A DNA stretch of 64,000 nucleotides. Source: Glycera tridactyla (Eukaryota). A program made the translations under genes and the position numbers. Location: positions 97,216,001-97,280,000 of the forward strand of contig OZ286463.1 of assembly GCA_965644265.1 (NCBI GenBank), in the 5' to 3' direction. Below are positions 63,071 to 64,000 of this stretch, piece by piece (the stretch's first letter is position 1; each line of letters opens with the position of its first letter). A model generated the notes under the pieces. It saw nothing but the letters and a program-made list of their open reading frames with translations, ran no database searches and was not told the origin of the DNA.

Positions 63071-64000
63071 AGTTCCGCTACGGGATCATGGGTTACAAAA
63101 CATATATGAGACAGTGTGAAACCTACATCAAACCAATTTTGATTCGTGCTGCCTGAGATGAGATTTTCAACTGCAAGATGTATATCAAATCGTTCGGAAG
63201 CATATAAAAAATGTCATCTTGGTCTCCTTGATATTGCACTGCAACTATGCCTCAATCGATCGTTGACTATCACAATTGCCTCGATACAAGAAGAGATCCG
63301 AGATTACATGTGGTGTGCGTTGTTAGTAAACCCGTACTCTGATGTTTGAGTTCGCAATATCCAAAAGACTATGCTGAATGTATGAACAAAACAGAAGATA
63401 AAGCACACGTCCTGGGCCAAAACTGGGCCAAGAATGCCGGAAGACACAGAATTCAGTAATTCCAATGATTATGCTGACGTGACATTTTGATCAAAGTGAT
63501 TGTTGACAGTGAGGAGTCCGAAAAATATTGTTGACTATTTTCCACAGAAACGACTATTATAGGCACCAGGTGAGATAGGATTCCACTCGAAGACCACTTT
63601 TCAAAAACATCCTGACAAGCTTCAACTGGCCAGAATGTGTAGATGTTTCAAGGCAATTAGAGAAGGCCAAAGAAGGCTCAGGTTGTGATGCCTACTTTTA
63701 GGCGTGATCGAACACACATCACTCCGATCACATATGTACCTAGACGCGAACATATTCGACATTTCAGAGGTTCAAAACCGTATAATAAATAGAATGGATA
63801 CAAATTGGAGATGATTCATACATCATTGATGTCAATACAAAATATATATCACATACATTGCAAACAAATGATTTATATGAATCAGCTATTGGTGAAAACT
63901 GTACGATATTTCAGCTGCTATGTATTGAATGTTCACTCTGATGATATATATAGAGTACATTCATCGAGATGGAAGGAGTATGATAATGCTGATTGCATCA

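Overview
Eukaryotic (animal) genomic DNA, roughly 40% GC, with eight N-runs; a lophotrochozoan-type invertebrate is my inference, not something the sequence proves. Only one host gene is well supported: an intronless class A peptide GPCR of the FMRFamide-receptor-like group (48154-49377, minus strand). Most of the rest is transposable-element debris and tandem repeats. This includes many 5'-truncated CR1/L2/Rex1/RTE-type LINE fragments (one young, at 43178-44988), degenerate Gypsy gag and pol relics, a Penelope-like (GIY-YIG) element between (TA)n tracts that carries a hammerhead-ribozyme-like core, a pogo/Tigger-type MITE and a tRNA-derived SINE. There are also three minisatellites (74, 83 and ~50 bp units) and many microsatellites. 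Nearly all short ORFs in the supplied track are repeat or antisense artefacts. I found no convincing wholly new biological system. The best leads are the Penelope/hammerhead element, a 1010-bp tandem duplication whose copies differ by a LINE insertion, and a LINE flanked by ungapped 208-bp direct repeats. All motif calls come from manual translation and alignment, with no database searches.
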